NCBI RefSeq assembly: GCF_018350175.1
Contig: NC_058373.1
Location: forward strand, 101,310,001 to 101,374,000
Direction of reading: 5' to 3'
From: Felis catus
Lineage: Eukaryota
DNA length: 64,000 nucleotides
Numbering within the stretch: position 1 is the stretch's first letter; each line of letters starts with the position of its first letter. Made by a program: the position numbers and the translations under genes. Below the pieces are notes generated by a model that did no database searches, was not told where the DNA came from, and worked only from the letters and a program-made list of their open reading frames with translations. This document shows, in pieces, positions 52,158-64,000 of this stretch.

Positions 52158-52741
52158 AAATTTTTGATGAACACTATTGAATTGCCCTCCAAAAAATTAC
52201 ACCAACTTACAGACCCACCTACACTGTACAGCAATATCTGTCTTCCCTATTCTCAGATGTCAAGTATATTTCAAAGAAAGCTTCCCAGGTCACCTTGAAA
52301 CATAATCCTGATCAAGAACCACTGTGCTTGAAGGCTGTCACCTAAAAAAAAAACCTGTTATTTGTTTTTAGAATTGTTTTATATCTTAAGATACCTCTTA
52401 GAATAAGAAGTCATATGTAGAAAGACTAAATTCTAGGACTCATATCCATTTGGATCTCTTTATATCCTATAACTGGTATTGAATGCTAGGGGCCTGTGAG
52501 ACTTTGGATGAAGTCTCCTGCATTAGCATTTCTGGCCATGGAAGCCACCCAGAGATGCAATTTAGTGGCTGCAAGATGAAGCTTTTCTGTCTGGACTTTT
52601 CTCTGGCCTGGGAGCCATAGTGTGATTCTGACTGCTCAGAGATGGCTTAGGCAAGGCTGAGCACATCCAGAGGAACAAAGCATTTAGAACTTTCTTTAAA
52701 AAAAAAAAAAAAAAAAAAAAAGCTTTTTTTGTGGGCGAGGA

Positions 52742-52969
52742 GGGGCACCTGGGTGGCTCAGTTGGTTGAACGACCGACTTCGGCTCAGGTCATGATCTCG
52801 CGGTCCATGAGCTCGAGCTCCACGTCGGGCTCTGTGCTGACAGCTTGGAGCCTGGAGCCTGCTTCAGATTCCATGTCTCCCTCTCTGTCTGCCCCTCCCT
52901 CACTCATGCTCTGTCTTGCTCTGTCTCACTCTCTCAAAAATAAATAAATGTTAAAAAAAAATTTTAAGT
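52742..52969 (+). mobile_element. CAN-SINE inserted into the tail of the adjacent minus-strand SINE
   Basis: TSD agcttttttt 52721-52730/52970-52979. Confidence 0.93.
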
Positions 52970-52979
52970 AGCTTTTTTT

Positions 52980-53188
52980 TAACATTTATTTATTTTTGAG
53001 AGACGGAGCAAGACAGAATGTGAGTGGGGGAGGGGCAGAAAGAGAGAGGGAGACACAGAATCCAGAGCAGGCTCCGGGCTCCGAGCTGTAAGCCCGGAGC
53101 CCAATGCAGGGCTTGAACCCATGAATTGCGAGATCATGACCTGAGCCAAAGTCAGATGCTTTATTGACTGAGCCCCCCAGGCACCCTG
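52980..53188 (-). mobile_element. CAN-SINE (tail extends back to ~52697)
   Basis: TSD agaactttctt 52686-52696/53189-53199. Confidence 0.93.
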
Positions 53189-53486
53189 AGAACTTTCTTG
53201 AATAGAGATTTCCACAAGAATAAAGTATAACCGCAGGTATTTTAGACCCACACTCATACACACACAACATTTTGTGATGAGAAACAATGTTGTATATTCT
53301 TAACTTTGAGGAGATTTAGCAATTGGCCAGGAAAAGTGTGAACTTTCTCAAGTTTGTGTTAGGGTACCTGAATTACATTTATGGCATTGAATAGGCGAAT
53401 TCCTAACCTATGGGACTAAATAAAGTACCCAGATAATCTAAAACGATTATTTCAGTCAATAACTACAATGTCCATCCCAATCAAAC

Positions 53487-54085
53487 TGTCTTCACTGAGG
53501 TTGTTTTAGTCGCTAGTGACAAAAGAACAATTTAAGCTAGCTTAATACACAAACAAAACAAGATGTGGGCACATTAGTATTAGGATACAGGGTTGCTCAC
53601 AAACACGGAAGGCAGGGATTGTGAAAGGGACTAGACACATGACTGAAGAAGCCCCATGTTTCCCAGTCAGTACTTGCCTCTACCTCATACTTCTCCCTCC
53701 ACTTAGCCTTTTTTATCTCCTCTGTTCTCTCTGCAGGGCAACACTCCATGCCTTTGCCAACCCGTGTGGGCAGATGGATATTTCACTGCTCTTGAACTTC
53801 CATCAGCTCCATTTCAATAACATGCTGGGTCTCCCCGGGCTATCTCAGAATCTGATTTTCAAATTTTTGAGAGAATCCAACTGGCCCATTCAACCTTGGC
53901 CAGAGCAGGTGGGTTCATGTAACAGTACACTAGCAGCTAAAGTTTATCGGGTGCTAACTACACTTTATCAGCATTACCTTTATAGAGCCTTTGGGGCCCT
54001 CCTTTATCAGGACACTGGTACAGTTTTCAGAAAAAGAGGGTTAATTGCGAGTTGTGCAGATGTCCTAAAAGATGTCCATGACTCA
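53487..54085 (-). mobile_element. Old MLT1-type LTR; MIRs follow at ~54215-54390 and ~54535-54755
   Basis: gctagtgacaaaagaacaatttaagctagcttaa; MIR core gaggcacagagagcctaagtaacttgtcctaggtcacacagctagtaag. Confidence 0.55.
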
Positions 54086-55604
54086 AATCTTTCTCTCAGA
54101 GCATGAGAAAATTATATGCAGAGAGAAAGACACCCACATAAAAAGCTAACTTGAGCCTTGTACTCAGTTCAATAATGCCGCAATGGGAATAAGGACAGGA
54201 CTTAAAGAGTCCCAAATACCTAAGTTCTAATTCTAACTCCAACAAGTTTATGAACTGTGTGGCTTGGACAAGTTCCTTTACCTCTCTGCTCAATTCCCTT
54301 TTCTTTCTGTGAAAGCGGGATAATAGTACATATCGCATGCCACAGTGTGCACAGAGTGATTGAGTTCCGCTACCTCTGAAGCCCCTAAACATCAGCAAGT
54401 AGTTATGAATGCTTCCTCTGTAACAAGGAAATGTCCAAAAGAGATGGGCCCCAACAGGAAGGGAAAGATGGAGAAGTAAGGAGTCTGCTTGCCCTGGTGA
54501 GCATTATCATTATATATAATATCACTATATAATAATAAGAGCTAATAGTTCTCAATTATTGTGTATACTGTGGGGGAGGTGCTTTACATATATTTATGTA
54601 TATTAGCTGAGTTACTATTATTGCCCCATTTGGAGGCACAGAGAGCCTAAGTAACTTGTCCTAGGTCACACAGCTAGTAAGCTGCAGAAGTAGGATGTGA
54701 GGATAGACAGTCTGGCTCCAGAGCTCACATCTTAGTCACTACTCTGCACTGCCTTCAGGCCAACTGTATCATAGTCTATCCTGCCATGTGTCCCTGAACT
54801 AGAGAGGTGTTTGTGGATATACCGGCACAGAGAGAAGACAGTGTGCCTTCCAGTTTTCAAACTTGCTAGAATCCCCCCCCCTTGTTTATTCCACATGCCC
54901 CCTTTAATGAGGTTACCTCATCAGAATTAATGGATTGTTATTCTTCTTGATCCATGGTGTAAATTGTAAACTCTGAGATAGTTTGCCTACCACACTTAGT
55001 TTAAGATTTGGAAGGTTTACTTGCAAAAGCTCTTAGAAGCACCCATGAATAAACAAGAGTGAAAAGTTAAACCAAGGATAGACATTTTTGTTTGCACTTT
55101 TTTTCAAATCTATCCAAACAACTGGATTCAAAAGCTTTCTCTGACACCATAGGCAAATACTTCTTCCCCAGGCACAGACAGCCTGTCAGAGACAACACAG
55201 GCCCACTGCTGTGATACTTGGAGAAATTTATAAATGATGCAAAACTTCATATTTCTGCCAGGTTCTGCCTTAAAAGAGTCCCAAAGAGCACAACATCGAT
55301 GAGTGGTAGTGAAAGCTGATGACTTCTAAGAGAATCAGAGGACATACATGGGGCAGACGCCATTGGTCAGCTGGCCTAACTCCCATTCTCAAAACCCACC
55401 TCCTTTGGCATCCTCCATTATAAAGGCTAGAAAAGTCTAATATTTGCCTTCCTGCTCTGCTGCAGCTAGGGTTGGCTATGTGAAACAGTTTGAGTTCCAA
55501 TGAGGGATAAGCAGAATTCTCCAGGGGTTTCTGACAAATCTTTGCTTTCCTGATATAAAGGACAGATGTCACTGGCCCCACTTCTTCTGTCCACTGCCTT
55601 CTGT

Positions 55605-55663
55605 TTCTTCTTCTTCTTCTTCTTCTTCTTCTTCTTCTTCTTCTTTAATGTTTATTTATTTAT

Positions 55664-55713
<50 letters not shown>

Positions 55714-55887
55714 CATGCACGTGAATGAAGGAAGGGCAGAGAGAGAAGGAGACAGAAAATCCCACGTAGGCTCCACCCTGTCAGTGCAGAGCCCAACAAT
55801 GGGGCTCAATCCCATGAACCATGAGATCATGACCTGAACTGAAATCAGGAGTCAGGTGCCTAACCGACTGAGCTACCAAGGTGCCCC
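55605..55887 (-). mobile_element. CAN-SINE with (TTC)13 tail and long (GA)n, inside an MLT1 relic (~55330-55900)
   Basis: Direct read; SINE head gtgcccc at 55887. Confidence 0.9.
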
Positions 55888-56049
55888 CATTTTTTGCCTT
55901 TAATTCTACACCTATCCATATATCTTTTAGAAATCTCCCAGAAGTTGGGTTAAAGACCATTGCTTAATCAAATCACTAAAATGACTCATAGGGCACTGAT
56001 AATCAAAATGAGTTCTCTTTATAGTTTATCTCCTAATGATAATACTTAT

Positions 56050-56279
56050 ATTTTTATTTTTTTTTAATTTTTTTTTAACGTTTATTTTTTTTTTTGAGAC
56101 AGAGACAGAGCATGAACGGGGGAGGGTCAGAGAGAGAGAGGGAGACACAGAATCCGAAACAGGCTCCAGGCTCTGAGCAGTCAGCACAGAGCCCGACGCG
56201 GGGCTCAAACTCACGGACCGCGAGATCGCAACCTAAGCCGAAGTCGGACGCTCAACCGACTGAGCCACCCAGGTGCCCC
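56050..56279 (-). mobile_element. CAN-SINE
   Basis: TSD gataatactta. Confidence 0.95.
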
Positions 56280-56776
56280 GATAATACTTATTTTAATGTA
56301 ACACGAGTATCCCATTGTTAATGGTAGGGTGGTATCATGCATTATAACCAAACTTACTGTTAGTCTAATACACACATGAAGTCCAAAAGAGCGTACAAAA
56401 CCATTTTTTACTCTAGGCCTTAGTTGTGTATTTCAATTTTACAGATTTCGTGGTTGAGAGAAATGGCTGTGGTCATTTGTTCTACTTCACCCTTCTGCAG
56501 CTCTCAAAAAGATCCTCCTAAACAGGCCCTAAAGGTCACCCATGTGAGCACCCCCTCCTGGACACTAGGAAACCAACCTCTCACTCCCTGAACACCCTCT
56601 TCTCTTCCCCTACACCTAGAGATGGGTGGAGAGATTCATGGGAGCCAAATGAACCCCATTAATTAATATCATTGAGTACATAACAGGCAGTCAAATGTTC
56701 ATTAAAAGAATAAATTAAAAAGGAGTATCTACCATAGAGTATGGGTTTCTAGAGAGGTTTTCCAGAGAATGTGGTC

Positions 56777-57190
56777 TGTCTTAGTCACTTTGGGCTGCTA
56801 CAACAAAATACCACAAACCGGGGGCTTATAAACAACAGAAATTTATTTCTCTCAGTCCGGAGACTGAGAAGTCCAAGATCGTGGTGCTAGCAGATTTGGT
56901 GTTTGGTAAGAGTCGATCTGGTGTCTGGTAAGAGTCCACTTCTTCACGGATGGCTGTCTTCTCACTGTGCCCCACATGGCAAAAGGGACAAGGGATCTCT
57001 CTGGGGCCTCTTTTATAAGGGCACTAATCCCATTCATGAAGGCTCCTCCTTCATGACCTGATCACCTCCCAAAAGGGATCCCTCCCAAAGGGGATCCCTC
57101 CCTAATTTAGGTACTTCCTAATACCATCCCCTTGGGGGTTAGGATTTTAACATTTGAATTTTGAGAGGACACAAACATTCATTCCAAGCA
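56777..57190 (-). mobile_element. MLT1A-like MaLR solo LTR
   Basis: tgtcttagtc..gggctgctacaacaaaatacc...gaggacacaaacattc..ca; perfect 5-bp TSD tggtc. Confidence 0.9.
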
Positions 57191-59799
57191 TGGTCTAAAC
57201 AGTCTTGGACATCATTTGTGACTTAGCCAAGTGGAGAGGCGATAGGGAGAGCAAGCCAGAAAGAATCCACAGCATGAAGCGAGGTGTTTTACATGAATAC
57301 AAGAGTGGTGCACTGGGAGAAGTAGAAGTAATTTCGTGCTGCAAAAGTATGGGGTGCGAAGCAGAGAAGTTGGCAGAGATTGAATCAGCATGGCTGTTGG
57401 CGATGCAGAAATGTTTGAAGGGTTTTTAAGAAAGAAATTGTGGTTGCTTTGGATTTCACAAAAATCACTTTGGGGACAGTTAGGGGGGTGGATTCAAGAC
57501 AAGAGACTGGATTCAAGGGAGGGAGGCTCATTTTGAGTTCCTGGAAAATAAGAGGCCATAAGGTTCAAACTAGTTAATCCATTCCCAAATATACTAAAGC
57601 ACAAGTTTCAACATTTCAAAGCACTCCACTGTGTTGAATTCAAGTCAACCATGTGCGGAGCTGTGTACCAGCCAGGCAGTGAAAAGCAAGGCTGACCCGA
57701 AGGGCCCCCAGTCTCTCTGAAAGGGAGGTGGCAACAAAGACTAGGGAGCGGGATGGGGAAGAACCTAACTGTGAGCAAGCAAGTGCCTGGTGTTGGGGGC
57801 ACCTGGCACTTTCACCACTTCTCATCCCTTACAGCTCTGACGATTCCGAAGACCAGAAGGTGAGAGCCACAACCAAGAACATACAGTGACCAGCCGGGAA
57901 TAGTCTCTGGCTCCTAGACCCAATTTGGGGCCCTAAATTCCAGATGACAAAACCTGCTGCATAAAAATAGTTCAATTAAACTCTAAAATAAAATGATCCC
58001 TTGTTCTTAAAAACAAAACAAGCACAGTTTTTCAGCAAAATGTCATGAACCTGCATGAAACTGTAATTTGGGAAGTTGTAAAAATATGGCTGTGCCACCC
58101 CGCCAGCCAACGCCTGTCACGTGACCATAGAAATCGGGCTCCGCCCTGGGGCTCCACCTTGCCTGGTCCGTGTGAGGCTGTGTGAGGGTGAAACCGGGGT
58201 GGGAGGTCAGCTACACAAGATGGTCCATTTAACAGCTGATCTGCTGGGACCAGTGCCTAAGAAGTTAATTTCTAGCTTTGAGATGGTTTCTGGTAATTGT
58301 AGGTAATTTAAAATATAATTTCAATTTAGTTGGGAAAAAAAAAACTCTGTTTGCAGTGTTTGTGCTCATCACTCTAATTTAAGGTCTAGAATGTGGGATG
58401 AACTGCGCTTCAGTACACGCCCATTTTGCATCTTCCTGATTTTACCACCAGTGATTATAAAAACAGCCTCAGCAAACCTCAGTCTGCATTGCAAGACAGA
58501 TGCGGCAAAGCTCAGATATAAAGTTTCACATTGCTGGAAGGTTAACTGTTGTGCATGTTAATGATTATCAGACAGATGAAGAAAACCACAAGGCTCCAAA
58601 ATGCAAAAGCCCCTCAAAAAAATCCAACTTGCCCATGTTTATAATAAGGCCACTTTATTATTACTTTTTTTCAAAGAAGGATGACTATGGCTGAGCTCAG
58701 TGTGGTCTGCATATGCAAGCTTAATGGAGGAATAATGACACGAGGCTGCTTGTGAGCGGGCCAAGAGAGCTTCTCTCCGGGCCATGTGTTAACAAAGTGC
58801 TCCACGCTGAGCCCCAGCATCTACAATTTTGCAGAGTTCAGAGACTTCCTACCAGAGTGAGATCGAGTATTTTAAACGTACAGGTTTATTTTAAGTGAAG
58901 GAGAAACTTAAGGATGTACTGTGTGCGGTTTTATAGAGATTTTTGAAAACTTGTCCAAAATGTGAATGGGAGGGCGACTCAATGGCAGGCACCCTGGTAA
59001 TTATTTAGAACCCAAAGCACTATCATGAGCCAAATCAGCCACTGTTGCTCACCTAGCACACATGCAGCCAAATGATTAAGAAAATAGCTGAAATGAGCTC
59101 TTGATCCGACAACCTCACACACAGTCTTCCATTTACCAGCTTGCAAAACTCTCTGGAATAAAGTTTAGGGCAGAAAGAGTACTGCTTTGTGATGACAATG
59201 ACACTGTGTTAATATTGGCACTGGAAACCACACTCTGAGTCTGAAAACTGAGGGTCAGGGGTCAGAATTTGCTAGTTGCCGGTATCTAAAACCTGCCTTC
59301 AAAAACAAACTCAAGCTAACGTCACCAAGTAATCGCCAAGCAATGCCACTTAGATCATGAAGATGCCTGGAAAGCTTTCAAATGGAGCTTAGAAGTTTAA
59401 CGATTAGGCAAACAAAATGTGTTCCACAGTAGCAGAACCAAATTAATCTGGCTTTGCCAATAATGATTCAGACAAACAAACAAAAATAACCTTTAAAAAA
59501 AAAACGGACAATTAAAAATTATTACATGTACCCAATGAAAAAAAACCCTCAAATATTACCAAATATTTGAGGTCTCCAACCTCAAACTTCTGTAGCCCTC
59601 AGTCTCCTTCCCTTGCTATCAGTTTTTGTGCGTGTGTGCTATAATCTATGCATATCTAAGTATGTGGATGTATGTCACATACACACAGTGGTGGCTCAAA
59701 ATTTCTACATAGTAGGGGCTGAGGGGCTGTAATCTGACTGGATGTGGGTAAACTGCATAAAACTACATTTGCCTAGTATTTGACATAAGTAAGGACATA

Positions 59800-60800
59800 C
59801 AAATGTGAGCACCAATAGAAATGAGTACAGCAATGAATTATAAACCATTGAAAAACTGAGAATTCATCAGTCCACACTAATAACAAGTACATAGCAAATA
59901 ATAAATAAGTGGGAGAGGGGTCTTGGGCTACAGTGAATGAAGAAGTACTGGAGATGTAGGAACATTTTGCAACCATGATAATAAAGATTGGATCAGACAG
60001 GAGTCATCCATGGATGCTCATCTGGGAGGGAATTCTGATGAGGACCAGGATATTTGTATCATCTTAAAGTGCCTCCCTGGGGACTGCTCATTAACTATAA
60101 AGGGCGGGGGGGAGCAGTTATTTTATAATGGAGAATTTGGACAACACCTTGACCAAGTCATCGAAATTAACATTACTGGTGAGAACAGACACTGTATCCT
60201 GAAGGACATAATACCAACTATGCAGTACTCTGGCCTGGAGTGCACGACTTCAATCTAATCATAAGGAAACATCGGGGAAACCCAAAATGAGGAATATTCT
60301 ATTTTTAAGTTTTCTTTTTATCTATCTATCTATCTATCTATCTGTCTCTATTTATTTTGAGAGAGAGAGCACACGAACATAAGTTGGAAGGGGCAGAGAG
60401 GGAGACACAGAGAATCTCAAGCAGGCTTCACACTGTCAGTGTAGAGCCCACCGTGGGGCACGAACTCACAAACTGTGAGATCATGACCTGAGTCGAAATC
60501 AAGAGTCAGAGGCTTAACTGACTGAGCCACCCAGGTGCCCCAGGAATATCCTATTTTTAAAATGTGGGGGCAGGAGTAAAAGAGGAGAGAGGTGGTGGTG
60601 AGGATTATATTCTTCAAAAATGCCAATGCTGTAAAAGACAAAGACTATGAAAATGTTCCAGATTAAAGGAGGCCAAAGAGATATGACAGCCAAAGGCAAT
60701 GCCAGAGCCTACATTTGATTCTGTGCCAGAAGGGGAAAAAAGGTATTGTGAAAAAGATTATTAAACCAACCAACAGAATTAAAATTCAAATAGTAGGGGA
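59800..60800 (+). mobile_element. L1 (L1MC/MD-like) 3' fragment
   Basis: caatctaatcataaggaaacatc..aaacccaaaatgagg..aatgttccagattaaagga. Confidence 0.7.
60309..60541 (-). mobile_element. CAN-SINE with (TATC)n tail
   Basis: TSD aggaatat(t/c)ctatttttaa. Confidence 0.92.
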
Positions 60801-61257
60801 GATAAAAAGCCAGTTGTAGGGTCGGTACCAGTGCTTCTGTCAAACAACAGCCCCATCAGCATGACCCTCAGTCTGGGAGTTCTGAGTCCTTAAAGAGCAC
60901 TTGAAGCTTCTGCCCACAAAGCTTCTGCTTTGTCCAGGCAACCAGGAGGTGACAAAGCTTCAAGGAATGAGAGGCTGTTTCTGGGGCAGGAACGAGGGGC
61001 CACTTTAAGTTTTGCTTCAGGAATTGGAATTTTATACTATATCAGTGATGCAGGCTCAAGATTGAGAATCTCATAGAAACTGCATCACGAATTCCTTTCT
61101 GGCCCCCTCAGGTCAGCTTGTGCTAAGCTCACTGAAAACTTCATCTTCACTTAAGTTCATTTAAAATTCATACAAACTCCATTTAAGTAAAGAATAGTGT
61201 GTGGCAAGTGTAGGTGCCTACTAATTGCTTGGGAAATAAATAAAAATGAATGAATGA

Positions 61258-61470
61258 AGGGTGCTTGGGTGGCTCAGTCGGTTGAGCGTCAGACTTGGGC
61301 TCAGGTCATGATCTTGCTCTGCGTGAGTTCGAGCCCCACGTTGGGCTCCGTGTTGACAGCTCAGAGCCTGGAGCCTACTTAGGATTCTATGTCTCCTTCT
61401 CTCTCTGTCCTTCCCCCACTCGTGCTCTGTTTCTCTCTGTCTCTTAAAAATAAACATTAAAAATTTTTTT
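61258..61470 (+). mobile_element. CAN-SINE inserted in an L2 (ATGA)n tail
   Basis: TSD aaaaatgaatgaatga. Confidence 0.93.
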
Positions 61471-62429
61471 AAAAATGAATGAATGAGTGAATGAATGCGC
61501 AAATAAACAATGAAGACATTTGAGTAATGCTCTGATAATGAAGACTGTTAGTATGACTTATGTTGGAAAAAAACAAAAAGAAAGTATATATTTTTTTCCT
61601 TAGCTCTCTTTGAGCTGTGCTTAGGTAATGTCATTTCCCTGTATTTGCTCCCAAATGTAAATGCTTCTGTATTTGAACCAATATTAAGTGTGGCAATATA
61701 AAACAGAGTAAAAAGGAGAAAAACTCCTTTAAGGGACACATGGAAACACAATGTGCTCATTGCCAGCCTTCTCATAAGGGAGATGAGAATGGAAAATTAA
61801 ACATATAACATAAGAAAACTATAATGATTTTACATTCAAATGAAACCTTGAGATAAATATGCGTGTGAGGAGTGAAGGTAATGATTAGGTAAGAAAATAA
61901 AGGTTTGAGCAAAGCAGAATCTGTAATTCATCTTGACAGAGAAAAGGAAGCTGAATCAAAATGCATCAGGACCTTGAATGCAGAAGGAAGCCAAGATGTG
62001 CACACAGGGCTGCTGGTGCCAGGTAAGCACCCATGGCCAGGTTCTGCTTGGCTCTAGAGTGGTGAGAGTTGATATTCTCTAGCCGAGTGATATTAGAAAA
62101 TTTGGAAATTTGTTCCAAAAGCAAGAAAATGTCAAGGAGAGGAGGTAATGTTTCTCAACAAAACAAAACAACAACAAAACAGAGGCATAGAAGTGTCTAT
62201 GAGCCTAAAGAAAATCATCCTACAGTGTTTATTGACCATACTGGACACCTAGGAACCTTTCCCATATTTCTACGTCTACTTCGACTTCTAATACAGCACT
62301 TTGATTTTGCACTGGAGAAATGATCCTTCCCCCCACTGAATGCATTACATTGGGGCTGTCAGCCAAGTTGTGTATTTCAGACACCTGGCCTTATAGTAGT
62401 AGAGATAAATAGATTTATCCATTGAATGA

Positions 62430-62760
62430 ATGAATGAGCAAGCCCAACCATCCTTTAGCCAGGTAATAAGACACCTTTCTCCCTGAGATTGGGTCTTAAG
62501 TCTATGACATTTGTCATAGACTAAAACAATTCCAGAAGTCAGTTCATCCTTACAGAGATGTTCTAATAAGACTATCCGTTTTTGTTTCCTAGATCCTGGG
62601 AGTTCTCTCCCATGATTCCTGTCCTTTAGAAGCCAGGTGCTTAAGCTTTCTGTTTTATTCTAAGAACTTCCACATATCCTTCCAATAAATGCTCCCTCTG
62701 CTTAAGTTATTCGAAGCTCATTTCTGCTGCTTATGAACAAAGAACCATGACAGACACACA
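62430..62760 (+). mobile_element. Old MLT1-type LTR fragment
   Basis: ccaataaatgctccctctgcttaagtta...tgcttatgaacaaagaacc. Confidence 0.5.
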
Positions 62761-63566
62761 TTTCCCAGCTTGTCCCCTATGGAGTACACCAATTATTATC
62801 CCCAAATATGGTCTTGGTAATAAGAAGGTTAGAGGAAGTTTATGAATTTTTCTTCCTGCTTTTGTTTCCATGTGTCTAGTTGATTTCACCAAATACACTT
62901 AACACACAGGAACTTGAGGAGCTGAAATAAAAAATTTCAGTTCTTGGCATTCCCCACAGGAACTCTTTATTATTATATCTAAAAGTATCTATTGTTCAAT
63001 AGATTTTAGTCAGAGTTATGTGTATTTATGTTAAGAAACCACTTATTTCTAGATTAATTTCAAAGGGTATATTTGCAATTTACCAATTTGTAAAGTCCCA
63101 CCTACTACAAATTTCCTCCTGATTTTCACATCCGCTCAGGAATAGCTTGAAGCAAGAACAGGGTACCACTTTTGCTGCTAAAGTTTCAACTTTCCAAGTT
63201 TGCCTAGCTGTGTAAAGAACAAATTTAAACAAATCCTAGCATTATCCATTTTCAAAAATACAACTTAAATATCCGGTTTTATTTAGCAGCCTAGTTACTT
63301 TTTATTGAATTGAAAAGACTAGAGAAAATGGTTATTGCTATCTTGTTTTCAAGTAATTATTTTTTAAGTAATTAAAAAACCCACTGATAAGTTTTTATTG
63401 TCTTGGCCCTGATTTTACTGCCTACTACAGTACTGAGCACTTAACAGATGTTTAAGAAATAGTGGTTAAATCCATAAACAAATGCTTTGTTTTTAATTGT
63501 GGGGCAATTTTGGTTTGATTCATCACCAAGATTTGGTTAAAGAGAATCTATTCCATAGCCATTTTT

Positions 63567-63786
63567 TTTTTAATTTTTTTTCAACGTTTATTTATTTTTG
63601 GGACAGAGAGAGACAGAGCATGAACGGGGGAGGGGCAGAGAGAGAGGGAGACACAGAATCAGAAACAGGCTCCAGGCTCTGAGCCATCAGCCCAGAGCCT
63701 GACGCGGGGCTCGAACTCACGGACCGCGAGATCGTGACTTGGCTGAAGTCGGACGCTTAACCGACTGCGCCACCCAGGCGCCCCTA
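63567..63786 (-). mobile_element. Young felid CAN-SINE
   Basis: TSD catagccattttt; CpG-rich diagnostic body. Confidence 0.97.
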
Positions 63787-64000
63787 CATAGCCATTTTTA
63801 AGTTAGTGGACACAAATGGTCACAGCAACTGGCGATTTTTGATGGTTCCACCAACTTTGCAAAAGTTTGAGGGTCCTAAAATGGTCTGATTATAGAATGA
63901 AAGCCTATAGTGCTGCCTGGGATGATCCTGTGGTAAGATTAATACTCCAGAGGTCCCCCTCTCCAGCCACCTCACCTGTGCTCTCGATATCAAGCTGTAG

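Noticed and set aside
53621..54106. 161-aa ORF, the longest in the track
   Set aside because: GTG start, lies in an MLT1-like LTR relic, no recognisable protein family or splice structure.

Overview
Mammalian, carnivore DNA. It is inferred to be felid because it carries about 32 tRNA-derived CAN-SINEs, including six near-identical young cat-type copies. The window is intergenic or intronic and dominated by repeats: CAN-SINEs, a ~10 kb nested minus-strand L1 block (35.0-45.8 kb), L2/MIR, MLT1/MLT2 LTRs, an ERVL pol relic and hAT/Tigger DNA transposons. No intact protein-coding gene can be supported, and the ORF track is essentially repeat-derived or random. The standout element is an L1-mediated chimeric retrocopy at 17587-18150. 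It begins at the 5' end of the H/ACA snoRNA SNORA70, runs through the unspliced rest of its host intron, then continues into spliced 3' exons of RPL10 and a poly(A) tail between 17-bp target-site duplications. The snoRNA boxes and the 18S rRNA guide pocket are intact, while the RPL10 part is disabled. Other notable items are an unidentified old mRNA-like insert inside L1 (36.7-37.8 kb), a perfect 3x70-bp palindromic minisatellite, two local templated duplications, a nested inverted SINE pair, and several TE-poor candidate regulatory islands. Repeat family names were assigned by eye from remembered consensus sequences and boundaries are approximate unless a TSD is given.
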